Shown here one piece after another: positions 55,996 through 64,000 of a stretch of DNA of 64,000 nucleotides (position 1 is the first letter of the stretch; each line of letters begins with the position of its first letter). A model generated the notes under the pieces. That model had not been told where the DNA came from, made no database searches, and saw only the letters and a list, made by a program, of their open reading frames with translations. Both the position numbers and the translations under genes were made by a program. Source of the DNA: an uncultured Gemmatimonadales bacterium. Its GTDB lineage: Bacteria; Gemmatimonadota; Gemmatimonadetes; Gemmatimonadales; GWC2-71-9. The stretch covers positions 192,001-256,000 of the forward strand of contig CAVUAK010000001.1 in NCBI GenBank assembly GCA_963739455.1, read 5' to 3'.

Positions 55996-58693
55996 AGTTC
56001 ACCGCCACGTTGAGGTCGACGCCGTAGCGCACCGACCCGGCGATGCGCTGTGCGTCGGAGGCACTCTCGTCATCGGTTTCCAGCAGCACCAGCGCGTTGG
56101 TCAGGTTTTTTCCATCGATCGAGAGCTGCCAGTGCTTGGACAGCCCGAACACGACCTTCGCGTCCAGCGTCTCGTGACCAACCTCGATGTAGTTGGGCCC
56201 CTGGGTCTGCCCGCTCAGCGCGCCGTAGCGGAACACCCGGTTCCCGAACCAGTTGAAGAGCAGCGACGCCGTGATGTTGGGCCGCTCCGCCTGGTAGATG
56301 AAGTCGATGTTGATGAGGTAGGGTGACTGACCCTGGAACTGCAGGTCGGGCGAGAACACGCCCAGGCTGTCCGGCAGCGTAATCCGCGACCGCAGCAGAG
56401 TGACGTTGGCCTGCAGCAGCAGCCCGCGCAGTGCATGGGAAATGAACCCGAGTGACTTCTGGGCCTCGAGCTCGATGCCAATCGTCGAGCCCCGCGTCGC
56501 GTTGACCGGCAGCGACACGAACTCGCCGCTCTGGTATTGCACCACCGTCACGATCGGGTTGTCGAACTGCTTGTAGAAAACGCTCGCCGAGAGCTGCTCA
56601 CCCGCGCCCGGGTAGGTCTCGAACCGGAGGTCATAGTTGAGGATCGTTCCCGGCTCCAGCGCCGGGTTGCCGATCTCGAAGAGGCCGCCCACCACCGGCG
56701 GATAGCCGCCCGGGGCGAACTCCCTGAGCTCCGGACGCACGACCGTCTGCGAGAACGCCGCGCGAAGGTTGCTCGCCGGCGACACCGCCCACGTCAGGTT
56801 GACGGAGGGAAGCCAGTCGGTACTCGCCTTCGAGGGAACGCTCCCTGCATCGGTGGTATCCGCCAGGCGCACCGTGGCGTTCCACTGCTCCATCCGCAGG
56901 CCTCCCACGAAGCGAAGGCGCGGGAACACCTCCATGTCCGCCATCACGAACGCGGCGAAGACATCGTCGGTGCCGGAGTAGGGAAAGATGATGCCGCTGG
57001 TGGGAACGATCTGGATGAGGCCGTCGCTGCTGGCGCCCATGTTTTCCGGCGCGAACGCCTGTTCCGGCGGCAGCAGGCGCGTGGAAAGCGGAGCTCCGCC
57101 GGTGATCATCTGGTAGGCGGCGCCGTCCAGGTTGCGGTTCGTGAACCGCCCCAGCGCACCCACCTTGAATTCCGCGTCCCCCTCCTCACGCAGGGTGAAG
57201 GGCGTCGCGTACGAGAAGTCGCCCTGCGTGGTGATGTCGGTGAAGTCGTAGTTGTACCGGAAATTGGGAAACTGGTCCAGCAGCTGGAATCCCGGCCCGC
57301 CGGCCTGTGACACATAGGTCAGCTGGCGGTTGTCGTTGTCGCTCCGTCCTGCCCGGCCATACCCGGCCCGCCACTCCAGCCGCCCGTTGGGTAGCAGGTG
57401 CTCCCCCTCGACCAGGCCCTGGTAGATGAACCGCTCGATGAAGAACATCTGGTAGAGCTTGATCGCCGCGTCGTTCGGGTCGATGCGGACGCCCGAGCCG
57501 AGCGTGGAAGTGCTTGTCGATCCCGTGGTGTAGAAATTCTTGAACGACAGCTTGTTGCGGGAGCCAAGCCGGTAACTGAAGTTCGCGATCGCGCCGAAGT
57601 CGGCCAGCGCGGAGGCCACGTTGTAGGTGTACGCCCCCGAGCCCAGTGTGCTGTACAGGTCCGGCACGTACGTCCGCGCCGCCGAGGTGTTGAGCGCCAG
57701 TGAAAGGCCGAAGACATCCGACTGGCCGATGTCGAAGCTTGTGCCGAACGACGCCTGCAGCGATGCCGCGGGCAGCACGGTGCTGCTCGCCGGGGTCCAC
57801 ACATTCGCGAATCCCTGCGAGAAGACCACCGGATCCGGGTTGGGCGGCGGCGTGGCACCCGCACCGCGCCAGCCTGGAAAGGGAACGTCCTCGAAGGTGC
57901 CGTTGCTGTTGTAGCCACCCTTCACCTGGAAGGTGAACTCCGTCTCCTCCGGGAACTCCTTGGTGCGGATGTCTGCCGATCCGCCGGCAAAGTCGCCCGG
58001 CCGGTCGGGCGTGGCCGTCTTCTGCACCACGAGTGCCTCGAGCAACGACGACGGGAAGGCATTGAGCGGTACCAGCTGCTTGTCCGGCTCGGGGCTCGCC
58101 ACCTCGATGCCGTTCAGTACCGACGTGCTGTATCGCTCCGTGAGTCCACGAATGACGACCTTGTCGGCCAGCACTGCAACGCCGGAGACCCGGGTGATCG
58201 CAGCACCCGCGTCCGAGTCCGGTGTCTTGCTCATGAACTCGGCGCTCACGCCGTCACTCTCCACCGCAGAGTTCTTCTGTTCCGAGAGCAGCCCCGCGTC
58301 AGATGACGCCGCCTCGGGCAACTCGGCCGCGACCGCGAGCTCCTCGAGCTGCACTGTGGCCGTGTTGAGCGCCATGGTGATCACCGTCGTCTGGCCCGCC
58401 GTGACCCGCACGCTGTCCACCCGCGCCGGCTTGAATCCGAGCTGCCGCCCCGTCACCGAGTAGACACCCACCGGTAGTGCCACCGACCGGAAGCGGCCGT
58501 CGAGGTCGGACTCCGCCTTGCCGAGTTGTCCGGTTACCTCGATGGTCACTCCCTGCAGTGGCTTGCCGGAGCCGCCATCCACCACGCGTCCCGCAATCCT
58601 CCCGGTGGCAGCCGGCGCCTGTGCCGCAGCCACACGCGCCAGCCCCAGGCCGATGATCACGAGCCCGGTGAAGACCCGACATGTCACGCGCAT
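55985..58693 (-). CDS. TonB-dependent receptor with N-terminal carboxypeptidase-regulatory-like domain
   Basis: GRIAGRVVD..SG.PL.G; plug TPDSDAG.A..RVSGV, IRGL.ERY; TVVRPELRE, GNPALEP, GQSPYLIN; C-terminal Phe. ATG overlaps the upstream stop. Confidence 0.93.
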   Translation of the reverse strand: MRVTCRVFTGLVIIGLGLARVAAAQAPAATGRIAGRVVDGGSGKPLQGVTIEVTGQLGKAESDLDGRFRSVALPVGVYSVTGRQLGFKPARVDSVRVTAGQTTVITMALNTATVQLEELAVAAELPEAASSDAGLLSEQKNSAVESDGVSAEFMSKTPDSDAGAAITRVSGVAVLADKVVIRGLTERYSTSVLNGIEVASPEPDKQLVPLNAFPSSLLEALVVQKTATPDRPGDFAGGSADIRTKEFPEETEFTFQVKGGYNSNGTFEDVPFPGWRGAGATPPPNPDPVVFSQGFANVWTPASSTVLPAASLQASFGTSFDIGQSDVFGLSLALNTSAARTYVPDLYSTLGSGAYTYNVASALADFGAIANFSYRLGSRNKLSFKNFYTTGSTSTSTLGSGVRIDPNDAAIKLYQMFFIERFIYQGLVEGEHLLPNGRLEWRAGYGRAGRSDNDNRQLTYVSQAGGPGFQLLDQFPNFRYNYDFTDITTQGDFSYATPFTLREEGDAEFKVGALGRFTNRNLDGAAYQMITGGAPLSTRLLPPEQAFAPENMGASSDGLIQIVPTSGIIFPYSGTDDVFAAFVMADMEVFPRLRFVGGLRMEQWNATVRLADTTDAGSVPSKASTDWLPSVNLTWAVSPASNLRAAFSQTVVRPELREFAPGGYPPVVGGLFEIGNPALEPGTILNYDLRFETYPGAGEQLSASVFYKQFDNPIVTVVQYQSGEFVSLPVNATRGSTIGIELEAQKSLGFISHALRGLLLQANVTLLRSRITLPDSLGVFSPDLQFQGQSPYLINIDFIYQAERPNITASLLFNWFGNRVFRYGALSGQTQGPNYIEVGHETLDAKVVFGLSKHWQLSIDGKNLTNALVLLETDDESASDAQRIAGSVRYGVDLNVAVNYAF

Positions 58694-59703
58694 CAAGGCT
58701 GGCTCGACGCGGCGGCGCTCACCTGGGTGGCAAAGGGCTCCGGCTTGGCTGCCGACTCCGGCCACTCACCGCGAAGGAAGGTGGCCGCGGCGGTATCGAA
58801 TGCCGGTTCCGCCCCCAGCCAGGGGAAGCCGAACGCCCCGGCGATGAACGCGACACGTGCGTTCGGCAGGTGCTGCGCCCAGCGGGTCGCCGCAGCCTCC
58901 ACCATCTCGTTGCCCGATCCCTCGATCACCAGCACCGGTGCCGGGACGTCATTCAGCGCCAGCCGCCAGCTCCAATAGCCCAGCTTCGACAGCACCGCGT
59001 AGTTGATGCGCTCCACCTGCTCGATGCGGTCGTCGGGTGCGCTGCACACGCTCCTGCCCACCGTCCGTGTGTCGGCGCGTGGATCCTTGAGCGTGCCGTA
59101 GAAGAACGTCGGCCACACCACCCGGCATGCACGCGACACACTCTCCCCACGCCGCAGTTGCCCCAGCATCTGGGCCTCTCGGCCACGTCCGGTGGTATCG
59201 GTGCGCTGCATGCCGATCTCAAAGGCGAAGGAGGGGTGTACCACGAAGGGACTGACCATCAGGATGCGAGATACCCGATCCGGATGGCGTATGGCATAGA
59301 GAGCGCCCACCGCTGCACCCCAGTGGTGCCCGACCAGCGTGAGTCGCGAAAGGCCGAAGTGCTGACGCACCGATTCGAGGTCGGCCACGTCGGAATCGGG
59401 CGAGAGGGCAAGCGAGTCGGTCACGGCATCCGACCGCCCGCGTCCCCGCATGTCGTAGTAGATCAGTGTCCGCCCCGCCTGCAGCGCCTGGAGCGGTGCC
59501 TCGAGGTACACATGATCCACACCGGGCCCGCCATGCAGCACGACCACCGTGTCCGGCCCCGATCCAAGCGCGACGTATGACAGTCGAATCCCGCTCGCGG
59601 TTGTGACCGTTCCCTGTTCCCTGTTCCCTGTTCCCTTGGCGGTACACGCGGTTCCCGCCCATACCACGGCACACACGATGGACAGCACGCGTAGCGGACT
59701 CAT
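58693..59703 (-). CDS. Alpha/beta-hydrolase-fold lipoprotein (proline iminopeptidase-like), catalytic residues apparently lost
   Basis: GTAC lipobox; LHGGPG, YDMRGRGRS; nucleophile elbow reads GHHWG; no His in the GAFGFPW loop. Confidence 0.82.
   Translation of the reverse strand: MSPLRVLSIVCAVVWAGTACTAKGTGNREQGTVTTASGIRLSYVALGSGPDTVVVLHGGPGVDHVYLEAPLQALQAGRTLIYYDMRGRGRSDAVTDSLALSPDSDVADLESVRQHFGLSRLTLVGHHWGAAVGALYAIRHPDRVSRILMVSPFVVHPSFAFEIGMQRTDTTGRGREAQMLGQLRRGESVSRACRVVWPTFFYGTLKDPRADTRTVGRSVCSAPDDRIEQVERINYAVLSKLGYWSWRLALNDVPAPVLVIEGSGNEMVEAAATRWAQHLPNARVAFIAGAFGFPWLGAEPAFDTAAATFLRGEWPESAAKPEPFATQVSAAASSQP
59609..59636. repeat. Heptamer (GTTCCCT)x4 inside the hydrolase CDS
   Basis: Encodes KGTGNREQGT just after the lipobox. 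Confidence 0.85.
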
Positions 59704-59783
59704 TGAATTCCCGGCTGACATGGAGAACGTCGGAAGAGCGCGCCAAGTATCCCCCGCCGCGGCTGCATCAAGTGCAGCGCGCG

Positions 59784-59821
59784 GTATCGTCCTTGGCACG
59801 TCTGGGTATCGTGTTCGTTAC
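59784..59821 (-). promoter_or_regulatory. 11-bp-periodic array upstream of the hydrolase-TBDR operon
   Basis: Minus strand: GTAAC(59821), GATAC(59810), GTGCC(59799), GATAC(59788). Confidence 0.4.
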
Positions 59822-59841
59822 TTGACGGAAGGCGTACGGAG

Positions 59842-61485
59842 CTATCGGATGCGTGCGATCGCGATACGGGCGGCGAGCAATGGTGCGATGGCCTGGCCGC
59901 CTCCACCCGTCAGGCGCACCGGCACCGCCGCCGCATTGGCCGGCAGCACGAACCGCACATGCTGCCCCGATCCCGCGCGCAGCGTGCCGCTCCGGGCGTA
60001 GCTGGCACCGCTGGTGCTGTCGGGACGGAGCGGATACACCGGTGAGAGCTGCGACATCGTGGCACGCAGGTTGACCGACAGGTACTGCAGTTGTGGTGGA
60101 ACCGTGGGAAGCCCCTCGAGATTGTCGAGGTAGTTGGCGAGCTGCCATGCGCCCACCAGCTGGTCGAACGCCGTGCCGGTCACTGCAGCAACATTGTCAC
60201 TGCCGACGACGCTCGTCTGTACCAGCGCGCGGGTAAGCGCCGTTCCCTTCACATCCGCTCCGGCGTACTGGTCCGCCAGCCACCGCACGAAGAGCCACTG
60301 CGCACCCCGCTCCTGCAGGTAGCCCAGTGAACTCCCAGGGTTCACCAGGAAGTAGTTCGCCGGTTCGCCGAAGTAACCCGATGCATTGTAGACGTCGCCC
60401 TGCAGGAACTGGGATTGCCGGGTCGCGGCATCGCCCTGTGCCGCCCCGTCGGGAATGAGCCGGCCGCCGAGTTCCTCGGCGAAGTGGGACAGGCCCTCGT
60501 TCAGCCAGACGTTCTCGGAGCTGCCACCGCGAACCAGCACATGCTGGTTGAAGCTGATCATGTGCTGGAACTCATGAATGAACGTCGGCGCCAGGCCCCG
60601 CAGCACGCGCTCCCGCGTGTGACCGCAGCCTGGATTGGCGGCATCTGGCACCCGGCTGTAGAACACCTCGCCCCCGTTCGATCCCGGCTCGCTCGGCACC
60701 AGGTCCACCCCGTAGAAGTAGCCCAGGATGACCGACCCGTTGCTGCAGTCGCCGCTCAATGCGTTCACCGCACCCGAAAGGAGGATCGCGACGACCCCGT
60801 TGTCGTCGAGGTCCGATTCCCGTCCGAACGCCGTCGTGTCGATGGGATACATGTAGGTGTCGAAGAGCACGCCCACGTCGGTGATATCCTGGTCGGTCAG
60901 GCCGCCGGCCGGGACAGCGTCATCCACATAGATCGCGCCCTTGGCGCCCACGTAGCGCGCCGTCGCGGCCACCCGGACAAAAGCGGTGCAACTCGTCGTA
61001 GAGCAGACATTGAAGTCGCGATGGTCGCCCACGACCGGAAGGGCGACGAGCCTCGCGGCGCGCGGACCTGCAGGTGGTACGTCGCGAGTCAATCGCGCTT
61101 CCAGGTTCCGGAGTCGCTCGTGAAACGCTCCGTTCGGCTGGGGCGAGCCATCCGGTGAGGTAGCCCGCGCTCGCGTTGGGCTCCGCAGCGACGCCGATGT
61201 GCCTGCACCTGCCGTGAGCGAGTACGTACCACTGATCCCGCTCGTCACCTGCACTCCGTTTGTCGCGATCGCCGCCACGAGATACTCTGCGCCCGCAGGT
61301 CCCGCCGCCGGCAGCACCAGGCACCCCTCCGATAGCGACGGGTCAACCACGCGGTACTCGCCCGCTGCGAGGACAGTGGGTGTGATGGCGTCACATGGGC
61401 TGGCTGGCACCGGATCTGAGCCACCACAGGCAGTGGCAGCGGCGACTACGAGCAGTACGTGGTAGGCACGATGGGAAGAACGCAT
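59842..61485 (-). CDS. Zn-metallopeptidase lipoprotein (M30/hyicolysin-like)
   Basis: ATAC lipobox; FG.ESDLD.NG.V.IL, GYFY..DL, HEFQHMI.FNQH and WLNEGLSH.AE. Start may be 61533. Confidence 0.82.
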   Translation of the reverse strand: MRSSHRAYHVLLVVAAATACGGSDPVPASPCDAITPTVLAAGEYRVVDPSLSEGCLVLPAAGPAGAEYLVAAIATNGVQVTSGISGTYSLTAGAGTSASLRSPTRARATSPDGSPQPNGAFHERLRNLEARLTRDVPPAGPRAARLVALPVVGDHRDFNVCSTTSCTAFVRVAATARYVGAKGAIYVDDAVPAGGLTDQDITDVGVLFDTYMYPIDTTAFGRESDLDDNGVVAILLSGAVNALSGDCSNGSVILGYFYGVDLVPSEPGSNGGEVFYSRVPDAANPGCGHTRERVLRGLAPTFIHEFQHMISFNQHVLVRGGSSENVWLNEGLSHFAEELGGRLIPDGAAQGDAATRQSQFLQGDVYNASGYFGEPANYFLVNPGSSLGYLQERGAQWLFVRWLADQYAGADVKGTALTRALVQTSVVGSDNVAAVTGTAFDQLVGAWQLANYLDNLEGLPTVPPQLQYLSVNLRATMSQLSPVYPLRPDSTSGASYARSGTLRAGSGQHVRFVLPANAAAVPVRLTGGGGQAIAPLLAARIAIARIR

Positions 61486-61567
61486 ACACTCCGCGGGCGC
61501 GAGTTGGCGGGTAAGGTCCGCCGTCCGCGTCACGGATCAATGATGGTACCGCAACGTTCGTCTATCT

Positions 61568-61597
61568 CTGTTCCCTGTTTCCCTGTTCCCTGTTCCC
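61568..61597. repeat. Heptamer (CTGTTCC) about x4
   Basis: Read directly, right after the sulfatase stop. Confidence 0.8.
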
Positions 61598-61598
61598 G

Positions 61599-63995
61599 CT
61601 ACTTCAAGTACTCGATCGTCGTCTTCCCAATCGTGCCATTGAACGGGAACGGAGCTTGGTCGTAGTAGTCCGCTGATACCGGTGAGTCCAGGTCGGTGCC
61701 GATGTCGAACGTCGCGTTCGACGTGAAGTGAAGCGACATCGCTCGCGGCACCCGGCCCGTCCCCACCACCGCGCCATCCACCCGGAGCGTGATGTCCATC
61801 GGGCCACCGATCGGGCCGGCCAGCTTCGACTCCACTTCAATCGTGCGTTGGCCCGCTGGCACCCGGCCCTTGGACCGGATCCTGGTGCGCTCCACCTCGA
61901 AGAGGTTGAACTCGTACCAGAGGACATTGTCCTTCAAATAGCTCGTGACACCGCCGGAAAATCCCGCCAGCGCATAGAGCACCCCATTTGCCCTGGCAGG
62001 CACATCCACCTTCATCGTCACCAGGCTGCTGTTCTTGCCCAGCTTTGGTGCTGCCGATTCTGGCATCCGCGTAATCGGCGCATCGAAAGACCAGCTCGTG
62101 GCGGTGGGAGCCGGTGCATCCTCCGGATGGAACAGCGCGGTAGACCACAACCCGCCGCCGATCGGCATGTTCTTGTTCTTCTTCGACTCCTCGATGAAGA
62201 GCGCCTTCATCTCCTCGAGCTTGGCGGGCTCCGCCGCCGCCAGGTCGGTCGCCTGGCTCCAGTCGTCGTCGATGTGGTAGAGCTCCCACTTGTCCGTAAG
62301 TGGCGACCACTCCTTGATCCCCTTCGGGATGCCACCGACCCACGGGTCACGCGGCCCCGGCGCGCTCGCGAACCAGCCGTCGTGGTAGATCCCGCGACTC
62401 GCCATGATGTCGAAGAACTGGGTGTGGCGATGCCCGGCCGCCGCCGGGTCGCCGAACGCGTACACCATGCTGGTGCCCGCGATGGAGTCCTGCGTGAACC
62501 CGTTCACCACCCGCGGCGGCGTGATCTTCGTCAGTTCATAGATCGTGGGAACGATGTCGATGACATGATGGAACTGAGGGCGCGGCGTCGTATCGTGGGT
62601 AATGTGCCCCGGCCACGCAATCGCCATCGGCTGGCGCGTGCCACCGAAGTACGCCCCCATCAGCTTGGTGCCCTGGTACGGCGTGCTGCCGGCCCACGCC
62701 CACCCCGCGTGGAACATGTTGTCGGTCTTTGGCCCGCCCAGCACCGGCAGCCCGCCGAGCTCCTGCAGCGCCTTGATGTGCTGCGCGATCGTGGTCGGTA
62801 TCCCGTTCTGCGCCAGCTGCTCGCTGATCGTGCCGTTCAGCCCCTCCGATGACGACCCGTTGTCGCCCCAGATGTACAGCACCAGGGTGTTGTCGAGCCT
62901 GCCCTCCTTCTCGATTTCATCGATCACCAGGCCCGCGTTGTAGTCGGCGTGCTCGGCGAAACCCGCCCAGATCTCCATCAGGCGGCGCTGGAACGGCTTC
63001 TCCGATTCCGGGATCGATTCCCACGACGCCATCGTCGTGGCTCGCGGCGTCAGCTTCGCGTCCTGCGGAATCCATCCCTTGGCCTTCGCCCGCTCGAATG
63101 TCCGCACCCGGTATGCATCCCAGCCGTCGTCGAACTTCCCCTTGTAGCGGTCGGCCCACTCCTTCCACACCTGGTGCGGGCCATGCGCCGCGCCCGGTGC
63201 CCAGTACATGAAGAAGGGCTTGTCAGGTGCGTAGGCCTTCTGCTCGCGGAGCCACCGGATGGCGTCCTGCGCGAGATCCTCCGACAGGTGATAGCGCTTG
63301 GGCCTCTCCTCCGTCACCTGCGTCGTGTTTCGGACGAGCGTCGGTTCGTACTGTGATGCTTCACCAGCGAGGAAACCGTAGAAGTACTCGAACCCGTAGC
63401 CGGTGGGCCAATAGTCGAATGGGCCCTTGTCGGTGATCTGGTCCTCTGGCGTGTTGTGCCACTTCCCCCAGGCCCCCGTGTTGTAGCCGTAGTCCTTGAG
63501 CACCTCGACCATTGTCGCTGAGGTCTTGGGGATGACGCCGCTGAAGCCGTCGAAGTCATTGGCGATCGCGGAGATCTGCCCGTTGCCCACGAAGGTGTGG
63601 TTGCGGCCCGTCAGGAGCGACGCTCGCGTCGGCGAGCACATCGCGGTCGAGTGGAACCGATTGAAGGAGATCCCCATGTTCGCGATGCGGCTGAGCGTCG
63701 GCGTGTTGACCTCGCCGCCATAGGTGGACGGGGTGCCGGGTCCGACATCGTCCATCAGGATGATCAGGATATTTGGCGCATCCGCCGCGAGATGTTTCGG
63801 CTCGACCCGCTTGTGGTAGGTCGAGGTCTCCATCGTCAGTCCCGGAGTGGACGCGGAGGGCGCAGGCGGAAAGGGCAGCACCTCACCCGTCATCACCTGC
63901 TCGGTCCCCTTGCTTGCGGACTCCTTGCAGGCGGTTACGATGGATGCGAAGACCAGGGCGGACGCCAGCCGCCGGTACCGGCAATGGATTCTCAT
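61599..63995 (-). CDS. Arylsulfatase (Cys-type formylglycine sulfatase), lipoprotein
   Basis: VTAC lipobox; PNILIILMDDVG, CSPTRASLLTGR, GKWH and GDNG. Confidence 0.95.
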   Translation of the reverse strand: MRIHCRYRRLASALVFASIVTACKESASKGTEQVMTGEVLPFPPAPSASTPGLTMETSTYHKRVEPKHLAADAPNILIILMDDVGPGTPSTYGGEVNTPTLSRIANMGISFNRFHSTAMCSPTRASLLTGRNHTFVGNGQISAIANDFDGFSGVIPKTSATMVEVLKDYGYNTGAWGKWHNTPEDQITDKGPFDYWPTGYGFEYFYGFLAGEASQYEPTLVRNTTQVTEERPKRYHLSEDLAQDAIRWLREQKAYAPDKPFFMYWAPGAAHGPHQVWKEWADRYKGKFDDGWDAYRVRTFERAKAKGWIPQDAKLTPRATTMASWESIPESEKPFQRRLMEIWAGFAEHADYNAGLVIDEIEKEGRLDNTLVLYIWGDNGSSSEGLNGTISEQLAQNGIPTTIAQHIKALQELGGLPVLGGPKTDNMFHAGWAWAGSTPYQGTKLMGAYFGGTRQPMAIAWPGHITHDTTPRPQFHHVIDIVPTIYELTKITPPRVVNGFTQDSIAGTSMVYAFGDPAAAGHRHTQFFDIMASRGIYHDGWFASAPGPRDPWVGGIPKGIKEWSPLTDKWELYHIDDDWSQATDLAAAEPAKLEEMKALFIEESKKNKNMPIGGGLWSTALFHPEDAPAPTATSWSFDAPITRMPESAAPKLGKNSSLVTMKVDVPARANGVLYALAGFSGGVTSYLKDNVLWYEFNLFEVERTRIRSKGRVPAGQRTIEVESKLAGPIGGPMDITLRVDGAVVGTGRVPRAMSLHFTSNATFDIGTDLDSPVSADYYDQAPFPFNGTIGKTTIEYLK

Positions 63996-64000
63996 GACCG

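Noticed and set aside
45591..58693. Classical cellulosome or SusC/SusD polysaccharide utilisation locus
   Set aside because: No glycoside hydrolase, CBM3 or SusD-like gene in the operon; the context points to phosphate stress.

Overview
High-GC bacterial window, probably Gemmatimonadota. This is an inference from the 'LEERYRIERQLGAGGMATVYLA..LKHDREVALKVLRPEL' kinase type, the PadR/ADOP permease cluster and the many lipoproteins. Left half (0-36 kb): ECF sigma/Ser-Thr kinase pair, TolC-MFP-RND pump, asnB, a large glycoside-hydrolase-like gene, and a PadR/ADOP ABC exporter block with a sigma-54 two-component system between two paralogous cupredoxin genes, then a second kinase. Several of these genes carry single-base frameshifts that look like assembly errors. 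Right half (36.6-61.5 kb) looks like a phosphate-starvation island: PlcP-like phosphoesterase plus glycosyltransferase, PhoX-like phosphatase plus imelysin-like/di-haem peroxidase, and a tightly coupled minus-strand operon. That operon encodes a degenerate alpha/beta hydrolase, a TonB-dependent receptor and five lipoproteins, four of which carry cohesin-like and/or dockerin-like modules. Best candidate novel system: a cellulosome-like cohesin-dockerin surface assembly linked to a TonB receptor, with 11-bp-periodic Pho-box-like arrays in front of four transcription units. An M30-like peptidase and an arylsulfatase end the window. No rRNA, tRNA, CRISPR array or transposase was recognised. All family calls come from motif recognition by eye, not from database searches.
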